Origin: Octopus sinensis
Lineage: Eukaryota
Assembly: GCF_006345805.1 (NCBI RefSeq)
Contig: NC_043000.1
Coordinates: 148,862,001-148,926,000 of the forward strand
DNA length: 64,000 nucleotides
Reading direction: 5' to 3'
Part shown: in pieces, positions 25,586-40,460 of the stretch
Layout of the letters: each line of letters begins with the position of its first letter
Position numbering within the stretch: the stretch's first letter is position 1
Notes under the pieces: model-generated
Database searches by the model: none
The model's input: only the letters and a program-made list of their open reading frames with translations
What the model was told of the DNA's origin: nothing
Position numbers and translations under genes: made by a program

Positions 25586-26960
25586 TATTTAGTATAGAGT
25601 TTACAACCAACGTCACACAGCTCATTTAATTTTTAGCAGAGTTCAATTAGCGGCTTGTAAGCACCAACTTAAATACATCATAAATCTAGGGAATTTCATT
25701 TATGACTCACTACACACTTTTTAACTTTTACAAACCAACTTAAGTGGTTTTACTGCAACATGTGTGATTTACACTAAAGAATAAAGTACTATATTCTATT
25801 TACAACATTGCCTTTAGATATTTATTTCTACATACATGTCATACACATAGTGGTACCTGTTAAATTGGTGACTTCTAATCCACTTAAATTGTGACCCCCC
25901 ACTGGTGACCTATTGTCTCATTACTAAACATATCAGCAGAAGAAATATTTTATACTTGTTAATAACTTCTTTGCTAGGTATAAAACCTGTTGTAAGGCAA
26001 AATGAGTGTCCTGCCTTAACACAATATAATTATGTTCATTTTTAAGTTATAAAGTTTCAAGCAAATAAAATGGTTTAAGTGTAACAATGCCACCAGCAAA
26101 ATACAAGCTCTAAATTACTTACTCTATTCCAGCAACTACTGTGCGGCATCATTAAAATACCATCTTAACTGGGATTGCAGATTTAGGGTTTGTGGGAATG
26201 TGAAGTAAAGCATTTTCAATTGGAGATGAAAACGAGTGATAGAAAATAGACAAGGACTCACTCAATGATCTCATCATTAAAACAGCAACTAAATATTTTC
26301 TTAAGTGAAAATTAACTTTTTGCATCACTACAATGCTTCCTTTCATTTTTTTCAATCAACTTTTTTAGTATATCAATGGTGATAACAGCAGCAGAGCCTA
26401 GGGTGAGATGGCAAGAAGATAAAGTATGATAGGAAAAACAGATTTAATTGGCGTGAAAGGATGGTAGAGGAGAGAGAGTAACAGCAAAGGCAATGCTAGG
26501 AGGAAGACAAGAGTAATGTTAGGGTTAGTGGGAGAGGAAGTAATGGCTGTCTGGAGGTGAAATGAGGATGGATTGATTGATGGGAAATCAGAGATGAGAA
26601 ACAGTTAGAAAAGAGTGAAACATCAATCATAAATAACACGAGAAAGGGAGTGATGGTGAACACAAAGATCCACACTTCACAAAGTATGTAGTGATGGTGG
26701 GAAGAGAGACAGAGGGGTTAAGTATTGTGATGGGGGAAGATAAAAGAAAGGATGCTGTGGAGGTTGAATAGAGAGGTATCCAGTGTTATCTCATGTTATA
26801 TAGACTACATGATACAGTGAATCTGTGCAGGTGAGACAGAGAGAGGTAAGATAGTATTCAGGAATTGGAAGGGCTGAAGGTGCATAGAAGTTAAGCCAAA
26901 GGGGTCAGGAGACACAGGATATACACACTCATCCACAAGGCAAAACCTAATCAACCTTTA

Positions 26961-27092
<132 letters not shown>

Positions 27093-27567
27093 CTATAAAA
27101 AGAGATAATGTTTAAAACATTTCTGTAAATTAATATGACTAACGACCATCTCTGTAATTTGATAATAAAATTATTTTTGTAGAATAATTAAAAAATTTAT
27201 ATTGTCTTTTTCAATGATCCAATTGAACTATTTTAGAATGAACCAATAATTGCTTGCAAACAAACTACTGGGAACATCTGTGACGAAAATGGCATTTATA
27301 GTCAAGTATGACAAGAAGTATTGGTTTATATTAATGATATTGATTTTTTAAAAAATCCATTCTTAAAATCTCAAGACAGTTACAATCCCAACAGCTTGTC
27401 AAGAGCAAGAGACAGTAAAAAGTTGTGGATCTGACAAAAAGACTGAAAAAATGTAAGGCCCTAAATAAAATCACAAAATCCTTCATACAAAAACAGAAAG
27501 ATATATTCAAATGTGTGTTTCTATAAGACTGACTGACTACTTAAATGATATGGAAATATCTGAATCA

Positions 27568-27807
<240 letters not shown>

Positions 27808-29504
27808 TCAAAATGATTAATGATACTATTTATACCACAGTTGGCTGACTGATATAGAAAAAAGTACCAATGGTGTGGGTTTCTTTGAGGTGGACCTCAA
27901 CTTGTCAGAAAGTGATCCATACACTTGGTTTCATTACCTTCCCCTGCAACAGAATGCCACTGACCCGGTTTTAGTTTTGAGTAGTACCTTCTGTAGTATG
28001 TCCGTCATGCATAACTGTCTTCTTCATCTGCTGGCTCAGGCATTGAGAGTTGTTGTAATCATCTACTTGTTCCACCGTTAGGGCCTTTGGAGGTTGGTCG
28101 CGCTTAATCTAAGTCCTTGTCCTAGTAGCCAAAGATAGCTCTACCAGGAGTTCAGAACTCTTGACTGAATGATGACCGATATAAAATCAGTTGTATCATA
28201 ATTAAAATTTTCTTTGACACTCATCTACCAATTAAATACAAGTTCCACATGTCTTCTTTGGTTCTACTTTTATGGCCATCATAATGTGGAAAAAAAAAAT
28301 CTAATACTTGTGCACTGAGAAAACTTTACTTCTCCAATATTAATTTAATCTTGGCAAGTCTAAGCAACAAATCTGGACATGTTTTGGTTCTCCACACCAT
28401 CAGTTAAACATAGCTTCCTCTGTACTTGATATACAATAATAAATGCCCTTAACATTTCTGATCTTACAGGAGTTATTCATGCCAGCAGTCTTGAATGAAA
28501 AATATATTACAATGGTGTGCATCAAAGAAAATTGATAAAAATATGAAGAAAAACAAATTGATTTTATCTAAAAAGTTGAAGTTGATATTTCTATACAAAC
28601 CAACAGGTGGATCACATGCTACTGACAAGTTTGTTGCTTTTCAATCAATACAAATCTCATTCCCAGAAATAAAGTGTTTACTATAATTGTATCCTTGATC
28701 ATCTTTTCACAGCCTATTCTTACGAAACTGCCACAATAAATTTATATCCTCTCAACCAAATACATAAATTATCTAATTAATCAGAGTAAAAAGAAAAAGT
28801 CATTTAGGTAAGCAATGAATTTCTACCTTTTCATTCTTTTAGGAAGACAATTTCATAATTTGACTCTAAAGTAAATCAAACCTGCTTTTTAAAGTAGTTT
28901 TCTCAAAAAATGAAGGATAGCAAATTTGGGATTTTTTACTAAAACTGGTTTCAAATGTTGGCAAGTTGTTTCTACATAAAATTAGATTTGAGATAATAAT
29001 GTGCTTGTTAGTTTGCAATGAGATGAAGGAGATCCTTATACACTTTGCAGAGATTTTCATGGATATGAAATTAGCAGCTCACAACTTGGCAAAAACAGTG
29101 TGCTAGACAAAATATATTTCTTGATGATTTTCACCAACTCTGGATATTTTAGAATTTCCTAGTTCTAACAAAAACTAAAGCAATACATTAATCCTTTCAA
29201 TTTAAAATGTCATTTTACCTCTCAATTCTCTCAAATTGATTAAATTATTACTATTTTGATGATTGAAATGAAAAGAGTGATTCCTAACAGTGATATAAAG
29301 GCTTTCTTTTTTTTTTTTTTTTTATTATAATGACACTATTCAGTTTTAAGTATTTCTCACAAGAATAGATGTGAAGTGAGACTTAAAATGTTTTTAGATT
29401 TATTTTGAACACAAGACATTTAGAATATTACACAATACATATTGTTTAATATAACGCTAAAATCATTTAATAAAATGAAATATTTTTACATTAAAAATAT
29501 ATAT

Positions 29505-29595
29505 TTATATTATATATATACATGTATATATATATGTATATATATATGTATATATGTTTGAATATATTATATATATATATATGTTTGAATATATT
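29505..29595. repeat. (TA)n-rich microsatellite (similar tracts at ~27700-27755, ~51990-52055, ~63185-63235)
   Basis: Read directly from the sequence. Confidence 0.9.
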
Positions 29596-30428
29596 AAATG
29601 ATATATTGACTGGATAGTTGCAGCAAGAATGCTTTTGGAAAGTTCCAACATCTATTACTGCAGTTGAAACAAAATTTTTAACACCTTTCTACTTGTAACA
29701 GTATATAACGCACAGGTTGAGGTGTTTGTAACATCATTTAAACAGAAACTACATATCCTTTGTCATTTTGTTGTTTCCATCCGAATCATTCTGAAGTGTT
29801 TCAGATAGTAAATGACAGAACAATCCAATCTTAGGGGCACTCTATTCTTGTGAAACACGAACATTTAATGTATTATCCCTACCATAGAAAAATGTAACAT
29901 TATAATAGCAAGTTAAATTCTTTACTGCGCAATTGTTAGCTTGTGCAATAGATATAACTTTTGCCATTCTGAATATGACCGTAGAAAAATGAGTAGTATC
30001 TAGTTCTTGTATATAATAAGCACTCTTAATTTTTAGGGGTAACAATCTAGAAACAGTGCATCATCATCATTTAATGTCCGTTTTCCATGCTAACAAGGGT
30101 TGGACGATTCGACCGGGGTCTGGGAAGCCAGGAGGCTGCCCCAGGCTCCAGTCTGATCTGGCAGTTTCTTGTTAGACTTATATCACTTGTGTCACTAATG
30201 TTCTTAAGAGAATAAACTTAATTCGTAAGTCAATAGAATTAATCATCTATTGACATCTGTCTTATGAACAGTTGAGTGACTCACGTGAGTATATAGAAAT
30301 AATACAATTGTACTTAAATCTGCTCTTCTAATACAAAGAATATTGATGGGACACTCCTATAAAATGTCTACTAAGTGTAGACAAGGGATAGAATAGTCAC
30401 TGGAGATAGTAAAAAAAGAGATGAGATG

Positions 30429-30742
30429 TCATCATCATTATTTAGCATCTGTTTTCCATGCTAGCATGGGTTGGACAGTTCGACTGGGGGTCTGGGAAGC
30501 CAGAAGGCTGCATCAGGCCCAGTCAAATCTGGCAGTGTTTCTACGGCTTGATGCCCTTCCTAACGCCAACCACTCCGTGAGTGTAGTGGGTGCTTTTTAC
30601 GTGCCACCCGCACAGGTGCCAGACGGAGCTAGCAAACGGCCATGGACGGATGGTGCTTTTTACGTGCCTCCGGCACGGGGGCCAGGCGAGGCTGGCAACG
30701 GCCACGAATGGATGGTGCTACGTGCCACCGGCACGGGGGCGA
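30429..30742 (-). mobile_element. Family A RTE 3' UTR copy (a tail-only fragment also lies at ~30058-30170)
   Basis: catcatcattatttagcatctgttttccatgctagcatgggttggac...gatgcccttcctaacgccaacc. Confidence 0.85.
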
Positions 30743-32614
30743 AAGATGTAAAAACCAACGAAAAGTTAATGATGAAAAAAATGAAAAAAGAGGCTAATGG
30801 CTTCAATATCTGCAAGAGCTATATCACAATTGTATCCATTTTTATTTGTGCATTTAGTTTTTGCTTCAACAAGATTCACGACAAGCTGGATTTTGAAGGA
30901 AAAAAAAAAAAAAAAAAGTAACAGGTGTTTTTACAAATTCAAACTGATAGCAATACTTCAAAAGTTTAGCACGTGACTACACATTTGTTGCTGTCTTAAT
31001 TCCACTAATGTGACATTTTTTTCTTGGCTTAGAATTCCTTTATTTGAATGTAAAGCAAAAAAATTTTTTTTAATACAAGTATATTTACAAACATGTGCAT
31101 ACAATTATCCTTTTGCTCAAATTTTATTTATTATTTATTTTTTTGTTACTGATTGTTTCTGCTTGCCATCTGTTTTAGACGATCAATGCATAAAGTTCAA
31201 TCTGAAAAGTTCAGTCTAAAGCAAAATAAAACCTCAACAATTTATACTACAATAAAGATATTTAAAATACACTACCGTCAGAAATTAATTAGCACCCTTG
31301 ATTTGCTCTTCACTCAAGGTATGTGCTGTCACCTAGTGGCCATATCTCGAACTATTGCCTTGTTGCGAGTTCACTGTTGCGCAGAACGATGACGTAACTT
31401 TGTTTGCAGAGCAGTTTGAGAGTCTACAGCCTTATGATGTTGACATAGCAGTGCAACAACAACTTGGAGTACGGATGCAGACAAATCTTCCTTTGTTTAA
31501 TAGATATAGGTAGCGCCTCGCAAGGACCGAAATCACACCATACTAAGTTTTCTCATCGCGTAAGACGTTTTGAACAGCTCATAGGTTAATTGATTTAACC
31601 TATTTAATGTAGAAATTTGAGAAGTGCTAATTAATTTCTGACGCAAGTGTATGGAACTTAATTTTGAATCACTGTAAACTACAAATATGATTTCTTAGAA
31701 ACTTGTAGTAAAAGTATACTATCAACTGAATTGATACCATTATATACCTGGTGGTTATTTTATCAATCCCAGAGAGATTTGAACTTGAATATAGAAGATT
31801 TAAACTACACACTCTTAGGCGTTTAGTCTGATGTTCTACCATTTCTGCCACTAATACCATACAGTAATACATATACTGATATTTTCCAATTAGGGAAACA
31901 AAAAGTGATGGGGAGAATAAGAAAATTCCACACCAATTTATTTTCTCCACTAATGTTTAATACTCATCTGCATGCTATTTTCTGTTTAAATTTATTCTCA
32001 ATTTCAACCTTATTTAAGTTGCCAGTACTTTGAACACGCTAATATTTCAATGTTATGACCAGCTGTGTTGTTATTCACTGACAACATACAACAAAATTGG
32101 ATAGACTAAAACCATTCAAATTCCCAAGTATCCTGTGAAGAAAATTAGTTACAGAAGGGTCATTAAATTTAAGCCTAACTTTTTAAAATTCTCTTGTGTA
32201 TTCATAATTTTTTTTTTTGAAGTATAGGTGATAGTGAAACATGCCCAGTGTCCAGAATATTTGCAAATGAATTAATATCAATATAGGCAGTGTCCCTTGC
32301 TTGCAGTAAACCATGATAACATTTCTAGGTTAGTCATTGTTTTATGAACTAGGAGGTTATTACTTTGTTTGGAAACAGATTAAGGTTAGCAACATGAAGT
32401 GCATCTGGCTGTAGAAAATCTGCCTCAACAAATTCCATATGATCATTTCAAGCATGGAAAAGTGGATTTTAGAATGATGCTGATATGTATACTTTATTTG
32501 TAATATACTGGCATCAGGAATCTATATCATTTACTGGGAGGGGGGGGGACAAATAGGTGTTACATATTTTATATAAAGAGTTTTCAACAACATTACACTC
32601 ATAAACCAAAGCTT

Positions 32615-33660
32615 TCTATTTTGGGGGCTGTAGCAGACAATGGAGCCCTCTCCATGGAGACATTAATAGAAAGTGGAATGCCTCAGGGAACTGTATTAGG
32701 GCCACTACTGTCCATGGTAGTGCTTTCGGACAAATCATCAGTTACACAGATAGCTATACTTACTAGCTATGCCGATGACACAAAAGTAGCACAAGCAGTC
32801 AAGGAACCTTCTGGTGCTAATCTTCTACAGAAAGACCTAGATGCCATATATAAATGGGCTAAGGACAACAACATGCAATTTAATGCAGGCAAATTCCAAG
32901 CCCTCCACTACCAGCTAATTGGTACTCAGAAGTCACAACAACGATACTTTGGACTAAAAGGAGCGGAAATCCTAGAATCACATACAGTGCATGATCTTGG
33001 GATTTATATGAGCAACGATGCCTCGTTTCACATGCATGTCACCAAGATGGTGGTAGTGTGCAGGTGAATGGCCAGATGGATTCTGAGAACCTTCAGAACA
33101 AGGGACCAGGAAACAATGCTGGTCCTGTGGAAGACATTTGTCCTCAGCTGGTTGGACTACTGCTCTCAACTATGGTCACCCTACATTGTAGGATTAATAG
33201 CAGATCTCGAGGCGGTTCAGTAATACTACATGAGGAAGATTGCATCAATGGAACAGCTGAGCTACTGGGAGAGACTGAAAGAGTTACAACTCCTCCCTAG
33301 AACAAAGACGGGAGAGGTACACAGTGATAGATACTAGAAGGGCTGGCACCAAACTTTGTAATTGTGACCTCGAAATGGACGTCACTGCACTGTTCCAAAA
33401 GTCCCAGCTGTCTCATCTAGGGTGAGGACCATGTACTGCAATAGCTTGGATTCAAAGGCCCACAGCTATCTAACTCCTTACCAAAACATCTGAGGGACCT
33501 CCATGGAATGGGAGTAGATGTTTTCAAGAAACTGGACCTCTTACTATCCAAGATCTCAAAAGAGGGCAGCAATATTGAACTCAAACCCTTCAAACGCCAT
33601 AGAACTGGCCAATTTAAAGGTGATTACAATAGCGATGCCCCAGCATGGCCACGGCCTCAA
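32615..33660 (+). mobile_element. CR1-clade LINE, 3' part with RT catalytic core
   Basis: SGMPQGTVLGPLL...SYADDTKV...LQKDLDAIYKWAKDNNMQFNAGKF; downstream frames broken by stops. Confidence 0.9.
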
Positions 33661-34363
33661 GGCTGAAACATATAAAAAAATAAATTGTATTTTTCACTAT
33701 TGACCCCAAATTATCTTTCCATTAACTTTGAACTGAGGGTGCTACAAATAGCAGCCACATCTTTCTCAAATAATGCCCTAACATCCAAAAAAATCTGAAG
33801 CTAAACAAATGACAGGATCCTCTATATGGTCAATCAGTCTACTAGAAATAGCAGCCAAAGAGCAATCAAATAATACCCTACTCCCTTCAAAAAGGAAGGA
33901 TACACTAAAGAATAATATACAAAAAGTTATATGGTCATGACTAGAAGTTTTCATAAGTTGGATCAATCATGGCTAAACAACTAAGTTTTTAGCCAACAAA
34001 GAAACTTCTTTAGCAATTCTCAACCCATCTGCTTTCATTTTACCCTTATTTTGATTATTTTTGCCATTTTCTCCTTTACTCCCATATAACAATATAGTAC
34101 AAAATAACCGTCACTACTGAGATACTATCTTTGAGATAGTGTGTTAAAACAAGTTGACATTCTTAGAAATATTATATCAAAAAGTCTTTAACATTGAAAA
34201 ATGATTCATTTTTATCTAGGCTTTATAACAAAAAATATATCAAAAGAATTATATGAATAAGAATCATAAGCATAATTAAACTGGGAAAAAAAGAAACAAT
34301 TAATACAAAGACAAGTATAATCATAATTAATAATTCATTAATGTTTTCTTTTGAATTTGTTTA

Positions 34364-34477
<114 letters not shown>

Positions 34478-36317
34478 TTAACTAAACTCAAATACAAGAT
34501 TTTGCAAACACTTTAGTGGAATCTTAGAAAAATTCCTTTATTTTCTCCTTCCATCATTAAACACACATCTTGCCTTTCAGAATAATGGATTTTATTTGAC
34601 CCAACAAAAAATATTACAGAGGATGAAATGAAAATCCAGGTTTTAAAAAAAAGTTTAAAAAAAGCATGGCAAGATAAGTTGATTAAAAGACAAGATGCAT
34701 CTTAATATAAAGAAAACTAAATAAATGAACAGAATTATAAAAGACTACAATATATATATTAACCTAATTATAAAAGACTATAAAATATATTAACATAATT
34801 ATGAAGGACTATAAAAACAAAAGCTGTTAACCATTGTAGTGACCAAACAAACTGTTTATACACTGTAATTCAGTAATAAAAATAAATTAACTGAAATTTA
34901 ATCTGAAAAAGTAATTCACACCAAAGAGATAAGGACTTTGATTCAAACTCAAATGATTTTTAAGCCAGCAGTATATAACTGCATATAATTCTATAACTAC
35001 AGGTACAAAAAAATGCTTTCTTGAAGAAAGATTCTTCCTCAGAAATACAATAGTACTTCTTTACTTCTATTAACCTAATACACTTAGATAATGCATTGTT
35101 CGCTTTCCAGACATTTGTACATTACTGCATATACTCTATACGCACTTTCTGACAAGTTGTGGTGCACCTGAGCACTGTATACAATAATTTCATTATTATA
35201 ATTACATACAGCTGCTCTAAAAATAAAATTTCTTGTTGATACTTTCTTACATAATCTCTCCCAGAATTCCATACCAATATGGTACAATATTATGTAATTG
35301 ATTAAAAACGTAACCCTCTGCTACATACTAGCATCCAAATATTAGTTTGAGGAGATTTTTTATTTTATAGCATTACATCTTTCAGGTAGATAAAATTAAA
35401 CACATTGGCTTCAATGTCCAGGACTTTTGAAAGTATTGAGCAAAAGAACAAGTATTCCCATCCTCAGGAGCCTTGGATACAACACATTTGTTTCACCTTC
35501 AAGTTCTCTTTGAGATGAACAGGATCAGTAGGCTGTGAGTTCTCTTCTAATCTGATTTACTGTTTAAGAGTTGACTTCCTTAGTCTTTGCCAGTTTACAC
35601 TCTTAGTTATCTTTCTCCTAGTCAAGCCTAGACTGCCTACCCAGTTCTATTACCAAGATAGCAGTGGACATATGTATTCTCCTAGAGACATGCTTCAAGA
35701 ACAGCTACAAGGTACCTAACTCCTGGTGGCCTTAAACTTTCTATCCATTAGATGAGGGTATTTGCATATGTTCTCATATCAATCACTTAAAAGAAAAAAA
35801 AACTTTACATCTTGTAAACAAAAACTAAAAAACTGCCACAACAGCGTATAGAGAATGGGATGAAACTAATATTACAAAATTTCATTTCAATCTTTAAAAG
35901 GTTCATAACTATTATAAATTTCATCAAAATACAGCTCTACTATTCATAGTTGTCATGAAAAATTACATCTATGAGGAAATTTTCAATGAGATCGGAACCA
36001 GTATGAGATGACAGTCAGAGACATAACCTTTCTTAAGACAAAGCAGACAGCTGCATGCTTCTGAGCTTCAAGATGGCTAAATTAGATTTTAACAGGTTAA
36101 TTAGTTCAGTGAGGATGGAGCTCATCCAATTAAGCCGCATAGAGACTTTGAAAGAATGCTGCCATCTGAATTTTTCTAATGCTGATTGCCTCCATTGCTA
36201 ATAAATTCTTCATTAATCAGCTGACATATTTTAGCCAGTCATTTATTTCAGTGAGATTTTCCTTTGATACATTAACATGAATCTAAAGAAGACTCAGTCA
36301 CCATTTATATTTGCACT

Positions 36318-36531
36318 GGCCGTTCGCCAGCCTCGTCTGGCACCTGTGTCGGGGGCACATAAAAAGCACCCACTACACTCACGGAGTGGTTGGCATTAGG
36401 AAGGGCATCCAGCTGTAGAAACACTGCCAGATCTGACTGGGCCTGGTGCAGCCTTCGGGCTTCCCAGACCCCAGTTGAACCGTCCAACCCGTGCTAGCAT
36501 GGAAAACGGACGTTAATCGATGATGATGATG
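36318..36531 (+). mobile_element. Family A RTE 3' UTR copy
   Basis: Ends acggacgttaatcgatgatgatgatg. Confidence 0.85.
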
Positions 36532-38159
36532 CTTATTCTGTATAACTTGAGAATGAATAAGAAGCAGGTCATATGAAACAGACTTACTGTTTATGTAAAA
36601 GACATATGATGCAGGCATGGCTGTATGATTAAGTAGTTTACTTCCCAGCCATATAGTTTCATGATCAGTCCTACTGCATAGCACCTTGGGAAAGTATTAA
36701 CAATAGCCCAGAGTGTCAAAGTTTTATGAGTGAATTTGACAGACGAAAATAGAAAGAAGCCTGTCATTTGTTTGCGCACACATGTGTCTCTCTTCTGAAC
36801 TGGACATCATATAGTAGTTGAAAACAAGCATTGTTGTCATACAAATGGGGTTGTTTGTTTCTAATTTTCTCTAAAAACATATCTGGTCATGGTGAAATAT
36901 TGATTTATTTGGAAACAAGTGAGGACTGGCAACAGGAAAGGCATTCATAGAAAATTTACCTCAACAAATTCTGTCTAAGCCATGCAAGCATAGAAAAGTT
37001 TACATTAGAACAATAATGATAATGAAGATGAATCTAACGATGGAGACTAATGGTGGTCTGAGTAGATAAAAATTTTCCAATAAAAAGCTCTGCCTATAAG
37101 GTCAGAATTTCCTATCTTCTACAGCACATGAAAGCATACAGAATTATTCAAATTTGCAAATGTTATTCTCTTCTGATTACCAGATTTGACAATAAGTTAA
37201 AGGTACAGAAATCATCAGAGTGTGCACAACATGCCAAAATCTAGATTAGATGTCTTCTGATAACAATTAATGTCAACATTTGTGTTTAAACCATACCAAA
37301 ATCAACTTTACTTTCCAGTTCCCTATTTTAATGAAATAATTATTCGTAACATATTGGAAGGGAATCAGTTATACTCATCAAAAAAACCTCAAAACTAAAA
37401 AATAAGTAACTATAATCCAAAAAGCGAAGTTGAACTTCCCTAGTTGTTATTTTTCATATTTACAGATGTTATCAGACTTTAACTTTCAATAAATGCAATT
37501 TAATCAAGTAAAATACTAAGTAAACAAATACAAAAAAATTTCCTATTAACCTCAAAATGAAAGAATTTCAATGTCCCATGATGTTGGGTATGTTTATGGC
37601 AATTAATAAAATACCATTATTTTGGAGATACTAAACTATCACTAAGTTGATGACTACTGCTATGTTCAAATTGGCTAGCTGCCAATTTGAATACTATCTT
37701 CCCTAGATCTCTGGCCACCATAAACATCAGTAATGTAATGTTTACCAAATATAAATCATCTAAAATAGTACGTATTCACCTTTTTAAAAAATTATATAAA
37801 ACATTCTTAAGGCAAGCATTAAGTTAAGCTAATAGGATAATTGATTTTGGCATCATCAAATTATTAACTGTATTTTAGAAAATAGATTACAGAATAAAAT
37901 TCAAATAAGATGAAGATTTTAAAATTTTATACTAAAAGATCTTACTCCCAGTTTTCAAAAGTTCACAAACAAATGAATAGTCAGCAAAACATTGATTAAC
38001 AAAGGATCTATAAGTCTACATACATTAATGGAAGTGGTTTGATGATTTTGAGTTAAAATAGAATAGAAATAATTAGAAACATTGTAAGACTAAATAAATG
38101 ATGACTGGAATGAATTTATTTATTACCAATAAGATACTTTTTCAATCATTGCTAGCAAG

Positions 38160-38485
38160 TCTTCTGCTATAGCCCCGGGCCGACCAATGCCTTGTGAGTG
38201 GATTTGGTAGACGGAAACTGAAAGAAGCCTGTCGTATATATGTATATGTGTGTGTGTGTGTTTGTGTGTCTGTGTTTCTGTGTTTCTGTCTTTGTCCCCC
38301 CAATATCGCTTGACAACCGATGCTGGTGTGTTTACGTCCCTGTCACTTAGCGGTTCGGCAAAAGAGACCGATAGAATAAGTACTGGGCTTACAAAGAATA
38401 AGTCCCGGGGTCGATTTGATCGACTAAAGGCGGTGCTCCAGCATGGCCGCAGTCAAATGACTGAAACAAGTAAAAGAGTAAAGCA
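38160..38485 (+). mobile_element. Family B SINE, 5'-truncated
   Basis: ggatttggtagacggaaactgaaagaagcctgtcg...tgactgaaacaagtaaaagagt. Confidence 0.85.
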
Positions 38486-38946
38486 TTCAAGATTATTTAT
38501 AAAAAGTTACACTGCATTGAGAAACCTTCCTTCAATGACAACCTTAAATCTTTCTTCCTTCATTGTCCAACATAATCACTTCTACTTCTAATGATCTTAA
38601 ACTAGGCTTACAAGATGTATTCATTCTGTCTAAAACTAAGTGCTGTCTACATTCACAAGTTTACTCATTAAGTATTAATTCCATTTCAAGCTTTTCAATA
38701 ATTTCACTTTTTAATCCAAAACATTGGTCTTTAGATTGTAAAAAAAAAAAATCTTAGATGTACAAATATTTGAAAAGCATACAATTTCAGGTTAAAAACA
38801 GACCTTAATCATGAATAAAAGTCATAGCTCTTAAATGTCAAATTTGATTAAAATACAACAAACCTATATCATTACCTGTGACAATTCTAGTAAATTTTCA
38901 AATACAAGTTTTAGAAGTATTTTCCCCTATATCTCCCACTCTCCCT

Positions 38947-39537
38947 TTGCATCCTTGCAATCCTACTTGCACAAAATGTGTCCCTGTTAAATCTCTTCCT
39001 CACAACATATTTTCCTAAAAGCCCCTCCCTCTATTTGTGTCTGCTCATTGCATTCCCTCTCTTCCACAATCTTGCAAACTTACCCACCCATTCACCCTAT
39101 CTAATCCTCGATTCCTCTTCACTTATATACACCACTTTGTAACTTGAGTGTACACCCCCACCCACACACACTCTCTCTCTCTCTCCGACTGAGGTAGCCA
39201 TGTATCTCCTTTAATGCAAGGCCAACACAATGCCATCTCCCTTAATACTACTCCCACCTCAGTTGAAGGGTTTTGTCTCGTAAGTGACCTGGTGACCTCA
39301 CTGGTGCTGGTGCCATGTAAAAAGCATTCAGTATACTCTGTAAAGTAGTGTATATAAGTGAAGAAGAATAGAAGATTAGGGTGAATGGGTGGGTAAGTTC
39401 ACAAGAGTGTGAAAAGGAAGTGGAAGAGAGGGAATGCCATGAGTGGACACAAATAGAGGGAAGAGTTGTTAGAATATGTTGTGAGAAACAGATTTAACAG
39501 GGACACCTTTTGTGCAAGTAGTTTTGCAAGGGTGCAA
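38947..39537. repeat. ~190-bp inverted repeat (38947-39138 vs 39342-39537)
   Basis: The reverse complement of the right arm reproduces the left arm (acttacccacccattcacccta, cttcacttatatacac, tccctgttaaatct). Confidence 0.85.
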
Positions 39538-39737
39538 GAGCACCTAGCTATAAAAACCATGCCACAACAGACTTGCCAGCTCCTGTCAAACCATCCAAAC
39601 CAAACCAGCAAGGAAAACAGACATTAAATGATGATGTTCCAAACTCCAGCTCTATAATAAAATTATTTTACCAAATCCCTCCAAATTCCTGATTATTATT
39701 GAAATTGGAAAATACAGAGTTATTTCACTAGAAATTA

Positions 39738-40460
39738 TCATCATCATCTTTTAACGTCCGTTTTCCGTGCTAGCACGGGTTGGACGGTTCGACCGGGGTC
39801 TGCACCAGGCTCTAGTCTGATCTGGCAGAGTTTCTACAGCTGGATGCCCTTCCTAACGCCAACCACTCCGCGAGTGTAGTGGGTGCTTTTTACGTGCCAC
39901 CTGCACAGGTGCCAGGGGATTCCGGCATCATCCACGATCGGTTGGTGCTTTTAACATGCCACCGGCACGGAAGCCAGCCAAGGTGGCGCTGGCATCGGCC
40001 ACATTCGGATGGTGCTTTTTATGAGCCACCAGCACTGGAGCCAGTTGAGGCAGCGCTGGCATCGGCCACATTCGGAATGGTGCTTTTTATGTGCCACCGG
40101 CACAGAAGCCAGTCGAGGCAGCGCTGGCATCGGCCACATTCGGATAGCGCTTTTTATGTGCCACCGGCACAGAAGCCAGTCGAGGCAGCGCTGGCATCGG
40201 TCACGTTCGGATGGTGCTTTTTATGTGCCACCGACACGGGTATCACAACTACTATTTCCATTGATATTTATTTCGATGTTCATGTACTTGACTCAACAGG
40301 TCTCCTCAAGCACAGCGGGATGTTCTGGAATCCAAGGTACTTTGAATGGGCAGGGGCTATGCGGAACTGGTGCAGGAAGCAGCCCGGGTTTTTGCAGTCA
40401 CAGCATATCTCCAGAGATCTTGGTCCTTTGCCATTGCCTCATGGTTGTAAAAAGATCAAA
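39738..40460 (-). mobile_element. Family A RTE 3' end with four ~66-bp tandem units
   Basis: Repeated caccggcacagaagccagtcgaggcagcgctggcatcggccacattcggatggtgctttttatgtgc units at ~39950-40240. Confidence 0.88.

Noticed and set aside
39950-40240. Regularly spaced repeats resembling a CRISPR array
   Set aside because: The units are wholly repetitive with no unique spacers, no cas genes are present, the context is eukaryotic, and the array lies inside a LINE UTR.
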